From contig JAFZUT010000023.1 in the NCBI GenBank assembly GCA_017618175.1, forward strand, positions 10,996 to 74,995: DNA of 64,000 nt, read 5' to 3'. This stretch comes from Alphaproteobacteria bacterium (lineage in GTDB: Bacteria > Pseudomonadota > Alphaproteobacteria > Rs-D84). Within the stretch, counting starts at the first letter, position 1; every line of letters starts with the position of its first letter. Positions 24,685 to 34,187 of the stretch are shown here, piece by piece. The translations under genes and the position numbers were made by a program. Under the pieces are notes generated by a model. The model did no database searches and was not told where the DNA came from. It was given only the letters and a program-made list of their open reading frames with translations.

Positions 24685-26205
24685 TTAACCTAATTTCTTT
24701 TTCAAAATTTCGTTCACAACGGCGGGGTTCGCACTGCCGCCGGACTTTTTCATTACATTGCCGACAAAGAAGCCAAGCAGACCCGTTTTCCCGGATTTGT
24801 ATTGTTCAACTTGGGGGCCATTTGCCGCGATAACTTCATCGATAATTTTTTCAATCGCGCCGGTATCGGTGATTTGTTTCATACCAAATTTATCGGCAAT
24901 TGCACGTGGCGCGCCCGATTCGCCGTCCAACATTTTGATAAAGATTTCTTTGGCCTGTTTTCCATTGATGTCGTGGGCCGCGACCATATCAACCAATTCT
25001 GCCAAATCGGTCGGGGTGATAATGCGCATACCATCCACAATGCCGGATTTTTCATTTGTGATATCATAGTTTTCCGGGTGCGCGAACAATTCGCTTATCA
25101 TCCAATTTGCGACGCCTTTGGCGCGTTCGGGTTTACCATTTACCGCTGCATCGAACCAATGTGAAATATCAACGGTTTCGGTAAGGCGTGCGGCGTCGTA
25201 TTCCGCCAATCCTAATTTTTCAATATAACGTGCGCGTGTTGTCGCCGGCAATTCCGGCATGGTTTTACGAACACGTTCGATTTGTTCATCCGTGATAATC
25301 AATGGCAACAAATCGGGGTCCGGAAAATAACGATAATCCAACGCGTCTTCTTTGCTGCGCATTACCGTTGTAATGCCTTCATCGGGATGATATCGCATAG
25401 TGCAACGGTCAATGGTTCCGCCGTTTTCAAGAATCTCGATTTGACGTTTTGCCTCGTATTCAATGGCCGCTTTGATAAATTTGAAAGAAACCATATTTTT
25501 GATTTCGCAACGTTCATTAAAGTACTTGGCCCCGGCCGGACGCACGGAAACATTAACGTCTGCGCGCATAGAACCTTCTTCCATATTTGCATGTGATACA
25601 CCCAAAGCACGGGCAATTTCACGAATTTGACGCAGATATTTTTCTGCTTCATCTGGGCTTGTTATATACGAATTATTTTCTGGATTTTTTGTATCCAAGA
25701 ATGTGACGATTTCAAGCAATGCGACCCCCGTGCGATTGTAGTCGGCAAAAGATTTTGTCGGGTGAACATCGTGTTTCAACTTTCCGGCGTCTTGTTCCAA
25801 GTGTGCGCGTTCAATCAAAATCTTTTTTGGGTTTCCATCGTCACCGATAATTTCAATCCAACCACGGCCGACAACTGGTGGTTCTTCGGCGGGCTGTGAA
25901 ATTTGATAACCCTGGGGCAGGTCGGGATAGAAATATTGTTTACGTGCAAAACGGCTGACGTGGGAAATTTCGGCATTTATCCCAAGACCGAATTTAATCG
26001 CCTGGTCTACGCAATATTCGTTCAAAACCGGCAACATACCGGGCATCGCCACGTCAACCATGGAAACCTGGGTATTTGGGGCAACGGTTGGATTATAGTC
26101 CGCCGATGCGCCACTGAATAATTTGCTGTTGGACAATACTTCGATATGCGTTTCCAGTCCAACAACTACTTCCCAATCACCTGTTTTTCCCTGTATTGTA
26201 AACAT
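24685..26205 (-). CDS. gatB: Asp/Glu-tRNA amidotransferase subunit B
   Basis: True start is MFTIQGKTGDWEVVVGLETH at 26205. The 100 upstream codons of the ORF-track call cross the tRNA-Phe gene. GatB/YqeY C-terminus. Confidence 0.93.
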   Translation of the reverse strand: MFTIQGKTGDWEVVVGLETHIEVLSNSKLFSGASADYNPTVAPNTQVSMVDVAMPGMLPVLNEYCVDQAIKFGLGINAEISHVSRFARKQYFYPDLPQGYQISQPAEEPPVVGRGWIEIIGDDGNPKKILIERAHLEQDAGKLKHDVHPTKSFADYNRTGVALLEIVTFLDTKNPENNSYITSPDEAEKYLRQIREIARALGVSHANMEEGSMRADVNVSVRPAGAKYFNERCEIKNMVSFKFIKAAIEYEAKRQIEILENGGTIDRCTMRYHPDEGITTVMRSKEDALDYRYFPDPDLLPLIITDEQIERVRKTMPELPATTRARYIEKLGLAEYDAARLTETVDISHWFDAAVNGKPERAKGVANWMISELFAHPENYDITNEKSGIVDGMRIITPTDLAELVDMVAAHDINGKQAKEIFIKMLDGESGAPRAIADKFGMKQITDTGAIEKIIDEVIAANGPQVEQYKSGKTGLLGFFVGNVMKKSGGSANPAVVNEILKKKLG

Positions 26206-26217
26206 CTTTCTTTTTCC

Positions 26218-26246
26218 TTGCTTTTTTGTTTTTTGTATCTTATTAT
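26218..26246 (+). promoter_or_regulatory. Candidate sigma70-type promoter of tRNA-Phe
   Basis: TTGCTT, 17-nt spacer, TATTAT, ending 13 nt before tRNA position 1. Confidence 0.45.
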
Positions 26247-26259
26247 GTACCCCACGGAT

Positions 26260-26335
26260 GGCCAGATAGCTCAGTTGGTAGAGCAAGGGACTGAAAATCC
26301 CTGTGTCAGTGGTTCGATTCCACTTCTGGCCACCA
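26260..26335 (+). tRNA. tRNA-Phe (anticodon GAA), CCA encoded
   Basis: GGCCAGATAGCTCAGTTGGTAGAGCAAGGGACTGAAAATCCCTGTGTCAGTGGTTCGATTCCACTTCTGGCCACCA, with a canonical cloverleaf. Confidence 0.93.
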
Positions 26336-26338
26336 TTT

Positions 26339-27805
26339 TTATTTCCCCATAATTTTTGTTGGGCGGTTGTCCAGTGCCGCGAATTGTTCGATATGTTTCG
26401 CCAATTGCAGGACGCGAACATCGTCAAACATTTTACCCACAACCTGAACACCCAACGGCAGGTTGTTTGTTGCCAAACCCGCCGGAACAGAAACCGCCGG
26501 CACACCCGCCAAATTCATTGCAACCGTAAACAAATCCAACGCGTAATATTCAAGTGGTGTTAAATCAGATTCCAATGGCAATGCAGTTCCGGCACCCGAC
26601 GGGCATACGATTAAATCGCAATTTTCAAATGCGCGATTAAAACTGTCGGCAATCATACGGCGAACACGTGCGGCCTGCATAAAATATACTTCGTATGATT
26701 CACTGGACAGCACCGCCGTACCAATAATCATACGGCGTTGAACTTCTTCACCGAACCCGGCGGCGCGTGTCTTTTTATATGTGTCGTACAGGTCTGCACC
26801 TTCTACGCGCATGCCATAACGCATACCGTCATAGCGTGCCAAATTTGATGAAGCTTCGGCCGGGGCGATAATATAATACGCCGCCAATGCGTCCAATATG
26901 TTTGGAATGGAAACTTCGACGATTTCGGCGCCAAGCGACTTCAAATCTGCGATGCGTTTTTCGAACAATGTTTTCATATCGTCAGAAATTTTTACATCTG
27001 CGAATTCTTTGATAACACCGACACGCAATTTTTTACCATCACCCAAAATTGGCTTTAATGGGGTTTCTAAATTTAAATGAAAATCTGCGCTGGTTGAATC
27101 TTTGGGGTCATGCCCCGCCATTGCCGATAATAACAGTGCCGCGTCATCAACCGTGCGTGCAATTGGACCGGGGGTATCCAAACTGGACGCAAAGGCAACG
27201 CAACCCCAACGCGATGACAAACCGTATGTTGGTTTCATACCTACAAGGCCGGTAATAGAACACGGAAAACGAATTGAACCACCGGTGTCTGTGCCGGTTG
27301 CGCCCATTGCCATACCCGATGCCACGGCCGAAGTTGAACCGCCCGATGAACCACCGGCGGTTAAATGCCGTTCCATTTGCCATGGGTTTACCGGCGCACC
27401 AAAGTAAGAAGTTTTGGAAAATGTTCCCATCGCGAATTCGTCCAGGTTCGCCTTGCCCAACAACACCGTGCCACTATCAATAAATTTTTGTGAAACGGTG
27501 GATTCATATTCTGGAACAAAGTTTTCGAGCATTTGTGAAGCCGCCGTTGTGCGAATTCCCCGCGTTGCAAATAAATCTTTCATTGCGATTGGAATTCCGT
27601 CCAGTGTGCGAGCGGTGCCGTTTTTAATGCGTTCGTCCGCGGCGGCGGCGTCCGCCAAAGCGCGTTCCGCCGTGACCGTAATATACGCATTTAATTCCGG
27701 ATTATATTTTTCAATGCGGTCAATGTGCGCACGCGCAAGTTCAGTTGCGCTGATTTCGCGTGATTTTAATTTCTTTAATGCTTCGGTAATGGTTAGGTCT
27801 ATCAT
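26339..27805 (-). CDS. gatA: Asp/Glu-tRNA amidotransferase subunit A
   Basis: 488 aa with the amidase signature GGSSGGSTSAVASG and catalytic-Lys context IAMKDLF. Confidence 0.94.
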   Translation of the reverse strand: MIDLTITEALKKLKSREISATELARAHIDRIEKYNPELNAYITVTAERALADAAAADERIKNGTARTLDGIPIAMKDLFATRGIRTTAASQMLENFVPEYESTVSQKFIDSGTVLLGKANLDEFAMGTFSKTSYFGAPVNPWQMERHLTAGGSSGGSTSAVASGMAMGATGTDTGGSIRFPCSITGLVGMKPTYGLSSRWGCVAFASSLDTPGPIARTVDDAALLLSAMAGHDPKDSTSADFHLNLETPLKPILGDGKKLRVGVIKEFADVKISDDMKTLFEKRIADLKSLGAEIVEVSIPNILDALAAYYIIAPAEASSNLARYDGMRYGMRVEGADLYDTYKKTRAAGFGEEVQRRMIIGTAVLSSESYEVYFMQAARVRRMIADSFNRAFENCDLIVCPSGAGTALPLESDLTPLEYYALDLFTVAMNLAGVPAVSVPAGLATNNLPLGVQVVGKMFDDVRVLQLAKHIEQFAALDNRPTKIMGK

Positions 27806-27811
27806 AGTTTT

Positions 27812-28150
27812 CTACCTTGATTTTTTGTTTGGTATATTTGTAAATATTTGTCGGGCGATTTTATATGGACATTTGCCATCTTGCATATTTTGCAGACACT
27901 TTTGAATTTTATTTTCCGTTGGTTTTTGTGCGTTTGGCGACATACATTTGAATTTTATATCATCGCAATGAATAAAGAAAGTGTCTTCAAAATAATTCGG
28001 TTTTTGCAAGTGCATATGGGTTAAACATTCACATGCTTTGTAATCCCAAACAATGTTGGTCACATTAACATCGTTACCGTTTTTATGCTTTACGGTTTTG
28101 CTAATATCATGCATTACAAAAATGATTTTTTTTGTTTTGCTCATCATCAT
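27812..28150 (-). CDS. Small Cys-motif protein X2 (112 aa), paralog of X1, inserted in the gat operon
   Basis: Starts 1 nt after the X1 stop and stops 6 nt before the gatA start. Shares C-x2-3-MQDG(K/Q)C-x3-4-I-x3-F with X1. Start chosen at MMMSKTKK. Confidence 0.6.
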   Translation of the reverse strand: MMMSKTKKIIFVMHDISKTVKHKNGNDVNVTNIVWDYKACECLTHMHLQKPNYFEDTFFIHCDDIKFKCMSPNAQKPTENKIQKCLQNMQDGKCPYKIARQIFTNIPNKKSR

Positions 28151-28151
28151 C

Positions 28152-28580
28152 CTATTTGTGTTTCGCATATTTTTCTGGGAATAATACTTCGCCGACAAAT
28201 TTTTTGATAAACGGTGATGTGCATTGTCCGTCCTGCATACATAACGGGCACGTCGACGGGCATGCCGGCCAACATTCACGATTTTCTTCGTCGGTAATAA
28301 TTTCAATAATCAATTCGTTCTTTTTATTTTTAGATTTTATTGGCCGGAATATTTTTGGCGCGTCAAAGCCACGCGAATGAATCACGTATTTATCAAAATG
28401 CACATTAAATGCGCAGGTGTTATAGTAATGCCCATCGGCAAGAGGTCGAAAACCACGAACATAATTCAAAAAATCTTGTGTTTGTTTTTCGGTCCATGTA
28501 CCCAACTTTAATTTTGTTGGCGCGCGTCTATCCAGGGAATAGGTTGTAAGAATTACATTTGTTTCTTTCTTGACCGCCAT
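28152..28580 (-). CDS. Small Cys-motif protein X1 (142 aa), inserted in the gat operon
   Basis: AAGGAG RBS. Starts 1 nt after the gatC stop. C-terminal CWPACPSTCPLCMQDGQCTSPFIKKF. Confidence 0.65.
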   Translation of the reverse strand: MAVKKETNVILTTYSLDRRAPTKLKLGTWTEKQTQDFLNYVRGFRPLADGHYYNTCAFNVHFDKYVIHSRGFDAPKIFRPIKSKNKKNELIIEIITDEENRECWPACPSTCPLCMQDGQCTSPFIKKFVGEVLFPEKYAKHK

Positions 28581-28581
28581 T

Positions 28582-28878
28582 TTAATCTCCTTCCATAACC
28601 TTGGGAACCGCAAAGTACCCGCGCGAAACGCCCGCTTTGTCCGGTGCGTTTGCCATAACCGCATCGCGAATACCACCGTCGGTGACCGTGTCCGTCCGCC
28701 GGGGCAGGGGGTGCGTTGCCGGCGACAGCATCGGTTCAACCCCACGCGTATCAATTTGCTTTAATTTATCAATCCATTCAACAACAGAATCGATGTTCAT
28801 CTGTTCCAATTTTTCATCCGGAATATCAATTTTGATAAGGTCCGCGAATTTATGTAATTGCTGCTTGCTAAATGCCAT
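28582..28878 (-). CDS. gatC: Asp/Glu-tRNA amidotransferase subunit C
   Basis: 98 aa from MAFSKQQLHKFADLIKIDI...VEPM, a typical GatC sequence. Confidence 0.88.
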   Translation of the reverse strand: MAFSKQQLHKFADLIKIDIPDEKLEQMNIDSVVEWIDKLKQIDTRGVEPMLSPATHPLPRRTDTVTDGGIRDAVMANAPDKAGVSRGYFAVPKVMEGD

Positions 28879-28915
28879 TTTGAATCCTATATTTAAATGC
28901 AAAGGTGATTATACA

Positions 28916-29371
28916 ATGATTTTAGGTGATTTCAAGGTTTTTCCCCGTACCGGCCGATTGATTGGAATCGATTGGGGCGCGCGGCGCACCGGGGTCGCAG
29001 TATCGTGTGCCGATGGTATGATTGTGTCGGCGCGCCCGGCAATTTCAATGTCGAAATACAGCCACCAAGAATTGGTGGCGCAAATTGTCCAGATTGCCAA
29101 AGATGAAAAGGTTTCTGGAATTGTAATTGGTTTGCCGTTGCGTACAGACGAAACTGAATCGGAAACAACAAAAATGGTTCGTGATTTTGCGGATGTGTTG
29201 GCGCGTGTGACCGATATACCAATTATATTTATTGATGAAACATTATCGTCTGCGACTGCCCAGGAACAAATGGGGCGCGTACGCCCGCGCGACATCAAAG
29301 AAAAATTGGATTCTAATGCCGCCTGCGTAATATTGGAAAACGCGATTGCGGTGATAAAAAGAAACAATTAG
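28916..29371 (+). CDS. ruvX: YqgF/RuvX putative pre-16S rRNA nuclease / Holliday-junction resolvase-like protein
   Basis: 151 aa. LIGIDWGARRTGVAVS N-terminus and GLPLRTDETESE motif. The ORF-track start at 28601 is antisense to gatC and is rejected. Confidence 0.85.
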   Translation: MILGDFKVFPRTGRLIGIDWGARRTGVAVSCADGMIVSARPAISMSKYSHQELVAQIVQIAKDEKVSGIVIGLPLRTDETESETTKMVRDFADVLARVTDIPIIFIDETLSSATAQEQMGRVRPRDIKEKLDSNAACVILENAIAVIKRNN

Positions 29372-30399
29372 TCTTCGTCTTTATCGGGAATTTTTCCGTC
29401 CGCGGACAGCAGGACCGCAATCCAACGTGTTGAATCAAACTGTGCCGTGATGATAAATGTTGCAACCAATAATGGAACACTGAAAAACATTCCGGCGACG
29501 CCCCATATTAAACCCCAAAATACCAAGTTTATCAATATCGCCAATGTCGAAAGGTTTAATGTTGTGCCCGTCAATTTTGGTTCTATGATATTTCCAAATA
29601 ATATTTGCAGGCCGATTAACCCCAGTGACAGCAAGACCAATTCATTTAATGTTGCACCAATCAAAATCGCAAACAATATTGGCAACCCGCAACCGATAAT
29701 TGCACCGATTGTTGGAATGTAACTTAAAATAAATATCGCAAACGCCCATATGCCGGCGAATTCCAATCCCAACATCAACATCCATATGTATGATATTATG
29801 CCGGTAATGCCCGATACCAATGTTTTCATAAACAGGTATTTTTTCATATTTTCATCAATGCTGGTTAAAATAAAACGCATTTTTTTATATTGTGTTTTGT
29901 TTGGAAACAATTCGGCGAATTTTTTGTGAAATGTGCGTTGTTCAACAAACATAAATATCATATATACGATAACCATTCCCATTGATGTTGCCAATTTTGC
30001 AACGGACGATCCAACAACGGATACAATCTGTTCAATACTGGGCATGGCGATGCCGGTAATATTGATGCTGAACGTGTCGTTTACATAATGCCACAGTGTG
30101 TTCAGTTTATGCTGGATTTCTGGAATTGCCGGCAATATTTCGCCGAACATTGGGCGAACGCGCGTTGCAAACAGGTATATCAAACCGACATATGTTGCAA
30201 CGGATAACACGTTTGCAAGTATGTTAAGAAATACTGCGACACCGTGGCTTTGGGGTGTCTTTGGAAAAATTTTGCGATAATATGTTGCCGTGGCATTTAT
30301 CAAATACCATAAAAATGTCGCAACCAGCAGGGGTATAAAAATTGAACTGCCAATCCAGAGCAGAAGAATAAATCCTGCAAATAAAATAAGTCCGTTCAT
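29368..30399 (-). CDS. AI-2E family transporter (PerM/UPF0118)
   Basis: Polytopic membrane protein. GGGGGAA RBS before ATG 30399. Family-like C-terminal pattern FWGLIWGVAGMFFSVPL. Confidence 0.75.
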   Translation of the reverse strand: MNGLILFAGFILLLWIGSSIFIPLLVATFLWYLINATATYYRKIFPKTPQSHGVAVFLNILANVLSVATYVGLIYLFATRVRPMFGEILPAIPEIQHKLNTLWHYVNDTFSINITGIAMPSIEQIVSVVGSSVAKLATSMGMVIVYMIFMFVEQRTFHKKFAELFPNKTQYKKMRFILTSIDENMKKYLFMKTLVSGITGIISYIWMLMLGLEFAGIWAFAIFILSYIPTIGAIIGCGLPILFAILIGATLNELVLLSLGLIGLQILFGNIIEPKLTGTTLNLSTLAILINLVFWGLIWGVAGMFFSVPLLVATFIITAQFDSTRWIAVLLSADGKIPDKDED

Positions 30400-30425
30400 T
30401 TGTTTCCCCCTTTGATCCATTCATA

Positions 30426-31106
30426 CTATTTTATCACAACTTTGCCATTTGACAAAGTGGTTGTGTGCGTTGGTGCAACCAATTCTGTAAAATCGTTTTG
30501 ATGACTAATGAAAACAAACGTTGTGTTCGGCATAGATTTTATAGTTTCGGCAATTTGTGCCTTGACGGTTGCATCCGCCCCGGAATCTGGTTCATCCAAA
30601 ATTGCAAGTTTTGGATTGGTCATAATAAGCCGTAATAACATTATGCGTTTGCGTTCACCGCCCGAAAAACCAACATTCACTGAACGATTCAACCAATCGC
30701 GTGGTATGTTCAATTTTTCGCGTGCCGATTCTAACATTTCCAGAAATTCGCCCATTGATAAATCTTGGCCTGTTTGAAAATGATGATGGGCGGCAATGGA
30801 ATGTTTAAGAAAACTGATGATGGTCAGTCCCGGTATTTCCGGAACATTTTGCGCACCAACAAAAATTCCCATCAATGCACGCGTTGTTGCGTTGTCGTGT
30901 GTAATATCGCGACCATCGAAAATTATTTGACCACTGTCCGCGCTGTACATTGGATTTCCGGCGATTGCACCGACCAAGGTCGATTTGCCCGAACCGTTAT
31001 GACCGCATATCAAATGGCGTGCACCGGTATCCACAGACATATTTATGTCGGTCAATAATTTTTTACCATTAAATGACACATTCAAACTTTTTATCTCTAA
31101 AATCAT
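30426..31106 (-). CDS. sufC: Fe-S cluster assembly ATPase SufC
   Basis: Walker A GHNGSGKST, ABC signature FSGGERKR, Walker B AILDEPDSG. Confidence 0.9.
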   Translation of the reverse strand: MILEIKSLNVSFNGKKLLTDINMSVDTGARHLICGHNGSGKSTLVGAIAGNPMYSADSGQIIFDGRDITHDNATTRALMGIFVGAQNVPEIPGLTIISFLKHSIAAHHHFQTGQDLSMGEFLEMLESAREKLNIPRDWLNRSVNVGFSGGERKRIMLLRLIMTNPKLAILDEPDSGADATVKAQIAETIKSMPNTTFVFISHQNDFTELVAPTHTTTLSNGKVVIK

Positions 31107-31109
31107 TTT

Positions 31110-32447
31110 TTACCCCTTGTTACTCAACGCCATTTGAATCAATTGTTTTGATTCAACCAAAAATTCCATTGGCAATCGTGATAATATTGGTGTTGCCATA
31201 GAACCGATAATTAATGCCGTGGCCGTATCATCATCCAGACCCGCCATATTCAAATATAATAATTGTGATGCATCAATCGCACCGGTGGCGGCCTCGTGCG
31301 TTTGGACGTTATCGCAATTTTCGTATACTATATCGGGCAATGCGTTGATTTGCGCCGTATTGCCGATTATGCGTGTGTCACATTTCGATACGTTTTTGCC
31401 GCCTGTGCCGGAAAATTTTACCAAACTGCGAAATGTTTGACGCGACCAATCCAATGCAACCCCGTATGATAATATATTGGATGTAGTGTTGTTCCCAATG
31501 TGCAACATTTTTGTTCCGGTGTCACTTTGTTGGCCACCACGTGTTATGGTCAATGAATAAAAATCACTGGCAGAACCATCGCCATATAAAATAGTGGACG
31601 GATATTTCCATGTCATTGCGGAACCGACCTCAAACTGAGTCCAATCCAGTCGCGCGTTCTCATAACACTTGCCGCGTTTGGTCACAAAATTTAATATGCC
31701 GGTATTGTTGTATACGCCGGATTCCGTTGCATTGCCGGCGTGCCAATTTTGAACGGTGGCATATTTTACATACGCGCCATCCATAACAACAATTTCAACA
31801 ACGCCGCTGTGCAGTTGATGATTTGGGCGACGGGGGGCACTGCAACCTTCCATATAACTTAGTTTTGAACCGGTGTCGGCGATAATTAATGTGCGTTCGA
31901 ATTGACCTATCTTGGCGGTTTCGATTCTAAAATAACTGGCCAAATCAATTGGGCATTCGGTATTTGGTGGAATATATACAAATGTGCCATCGGAAAAAAC
32001 GGCCGAATTTAGTGCAGCAAAAAAATTATCCGCAACCGGTACAACCGTGCCAAGATATTTTTTTACCAATTCAGGATGCTTTTTTACCGCATCAGAAAAC
32101 GACATAAAGATAATGCCGCGCGCCGCCAATTCCGCCGTATAAGACGTATAAACAGACGAACTGTCGATAACTGTGTCGGTGGCCATTCCAAGAAGAGCGC
32201 GTTGCTCATTTTCCGGCAGACCCATTTTATCGTATGTGGGTTTCAGGTCACTGTTATCAATCGGTTTTTGTTCGTTGTAATAATTCAGTTTTGTATAGTC
32301 TATTGGTGCGTAATCTATTTCTGCCCAATGTGGTTCGGTCATTTTTTGCCAAATGCGTAATGCATCAAGTCGCCAATCGGTTAACCATTTCGGTTCGCCC
32401 CGAAGTGTCGAAATTTTTCGAACAAGATTTTCATCTGGCCCCGTCAT
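31110..32447 (-). CDS. sufB: Fe-S cluster assembly scaffold SufB
   Basis: 445 aa. FERTLIIADTGSKLSYMEGCSAP and a beta-helix C-terminus. No sufD follows. Confidence 0.88.
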   Translation of the reverse strand: MTGPDENLVRKISTLRGEPKWLTDWRLDALRIWQKMTEPHWAEIDYAPIDYTKLNYYNEQKPIDNSDLKPTYDKMGLPENEQRALLGMATDTVIDSSSVYTSYTAELAARGIIFMSFSDAVKKHPELVKKYLGTVVPVADNFFAALNSAVFSDGTFVYIPPNTECPIDLASYFRIETAKIGQFERTLIIADTGSKLSYMEGCSAPRRPNHQLHSGVVEIVVMDGAYVKYATVQNWHAGNATESGVYNNTGILNFVTKRGKCYENARLDWTQFEVGSAMTWKYPSTILYGDGSASDFYSLTITRGGQQSDTGTKMLHIGNNTTSNILSYGVALDWSRQTFRSLVKFSGTGGKNVSKCDTRIIGNTAQINALPDIVYENCDNVQTHEAATGAIDASQLLYLNMAGLDDDTATALIIGSMATPILSRLPMEFLVESKQLIQMALSNKG

Positions 32448-32995
32448 TTATCCCCTTCATCGGCCGTTGCCAATTGATATGCCTGGGTAAAAAAGGTCAA
32501 CGATTGCCCCAACAGTCCGTTTATAAATGTCTTGGTTAAAATTCCGTCTGGTTCAGATTCAGACAGGTGTCGCAACAAATTGTCTGCGCGATTCATATAA
32601 TTTGAAACATTGCGTTTAACCTCGGCATCCAGTTTTATTGCGCGGCGCAATTTTTCCATAACGAACGGATTTTTTGCGTATTCATCAATCAATCCGCCCA
32701 ATGTACGCCACAGTGGATGTTCGGTCGTGTTTCGTGGCATTATGTCCAGTGCCGCCAAAATTGGAATCAGGTTTTGCAAAAGGTCCTGATAAATCATCTC
32801 GGCGTGTTCGGCAACCGCATTTGTTGCAGATTTACTTTTTAACAAACTTTGAATTTTTACAATCAGGTTATATTGAAAGCCCGCATTTTTTTCTAATGCG
32901 GCAATTCTGCGATACGTATTCACTGCCATAAACAATATCGTTCCGGTCATAACCGCTAAAAGTCCTAAAATAATCCATAAAAGTGTGTTTTGCAT
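32444..32995 (-). CDS. Hypothetical membrane-anchored protein (183 aa)
   Basis: N-terminal TM LLWIILGLLAVMTGTILFMAV. Overlaps the sufB start by 4 nt. Confidence 0.5.
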   Translation of the reverse strand: MQNTLLWIILGLLAVMTGTILFMAVNTYRRIAALEKNAGFQYNLIVKIQSLLKSKSATNAVAEHAEMIYQDLLQNLIPILAALDIMPRNTTEHPLWRTLGGLIDEYAKNPFVMEKLRRAIKLDAEVKRNVSNYMNRADNLLRHLSESEPDGILTKTFINGLLGQSLTFFTQAYQLATADEGDK

Positions 32996-33176
32996 GTTCT
33001 TGTTCCCTTTGTTATATCACAGAGTATATCATCTTTTGCCGATTCGTGCGATTTTATATGCACATTTTTACAAAAAAATAAAAAACATCAATAGATGCAT
33101 TTTTAGGTCTTGCACAGATTCGGTCAAATTGTTATAATGACATATAAATAAGGAATAATTAGGAAAGGAAGTTCTT

Positions 33177-34160
33177 ATGTTTCGCAAGATTTTAATTGCT
33201 GCAATGTTTGCAACCGCCGCAGGATACTGCTTTGCGGACGCCGGTTTGCCCCAGGTGGTGACGTCCGAGGTGTTCTATGAAGAAGATCGGGATGTTCGTG
33301 AAAATACAAATGTTCAGGAACAGTTTTACGATAATTCGTATCAGCAACAGGAAATTTACCAGCCCCAGGTTTATCAACCTGTGGTTCCGGTCGATATTCC
33401 GGCGTGGCCGTTGGCGGGGTCTGATGCCGATGTCACCGTTTCGTGCGAGCAGGGCGGGTGTGCCAAGACTGCGCGGTCTGATAACATCAAGATTGTTTCT
33501 AAAATAGGTTCGGATTTGGTTGTTGAAAACAACTTTAATTTGGGTGCGCGCGATGGTTGGTCGGGTGGTGCGAATATGTTGCACGGTACACAAATTCCGG
33601 TCGGGTTTGATGACGAATGTGCGCGTGGGTCGGAAATGCCGTTATTGCATCGCGAGGTTTTAGAAGATGATGGTGGAAATGTTTTGGCATTGTCGCGCAG
33701 TGGTCGCCGGAATTGTGCAAAATATGCCGATGGTTATGATGCATATCTGGCACGCAACGGGTTGGTTGAGCGGACCGCAAACGGTGATATTGTTACCGGC
33801 GGTGGCGTTATTGGTATAAATGGCATCACCAGTTATGTCGAAGGCGACACGGAGATAACGGTTGATTTGTCTGCGGATGCGGAACCGGCAAATTCCATCC
33901 AAGACCAGGTTCGTTCTTGGGTCGTGGCCAGTGGTCAAACGCTGCGTGAAGTTTTGCAATCTTGGTGCGACAAAGAAGGTTGGGATTTGGTATGGGCCAC
34001 ATCGCGTGAATATCCAATTCAGGCAAGTGCGGTATTCAAGGGGCGCTTTGTTGATGTCGCATCGGCGGTTGTGCGGAATTTTGAACGCGCAATACCGGTG
34101 CCGTATGCCAAGTTCTATAAGGGGAATCGTGTTTTGGTTATATCTACGTCCGAAGAATAA
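33177..34160 (+). CDS. Secreted protein with a TcpQ/PilL-like C-terminal domain
   Basis: Signal peptide. The C-terminus SWVVASGQTLREVLQSWCDKEGWDLVWATSREYPIQASAVFKGRFVDVASAVVRNF matches the TcpQ-type pattern (W..a.G.tL...L..W....GW.l.W). Confidence 0.6.
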   Translation: MFRKILIAAMFATAAGYCFADAGLPQVVTSEVFYEEDRDVRENTNVQEQFYDNSYQQQEIYQPQVYQPVVPVDIPAWPLAGSDADVTVSCEQGGCAKTARSDNIKIVSKIGSDLVVENNFNLGARDGWSGGANMLHGTQIPVGFDDECARGSEMPLLHREVLEDDGGNVLALSRSGRRNCAKYADGYDAYLARNGLVERTANGDIVTGGGVIGINGITSYVEGDTEITVDLSADAEPANSIQDQVRSWVVASGQTLREVLQSWCDKEGWDLVWATSREYPIQASAVFKGRFVDVASAVVRNFERAIPVPYAKFYKGNRVLVISTSEE

Positions 34161-34187
34161 TTTGACAGATTGTAGGAGAAAGAATAG

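Noticed and set aside
26206-26505. 100-codon N-terminal extension of the gatB ORF-track call
   Set aside because: It runs antisense through the tRNA-Phe gene. The canonical GatB N-terminus (MFTIQGK...GLETH) with an RBS starts at 26205.
28601-28915. N-terminal extension of the ruvX ORF (256-aa call)
   Set aside because: It is antisense to gatC. The conserved YqgF N-terminus (LIGIDWGARRTGVAVS) follows the ATG at 28916.
31110-32447. Alternative call of this gene as sufD
   Set aside because: The EGCSAP-containing motif and its position directly upstream of sufC fit SufB. SufD lacks that Cys motif.
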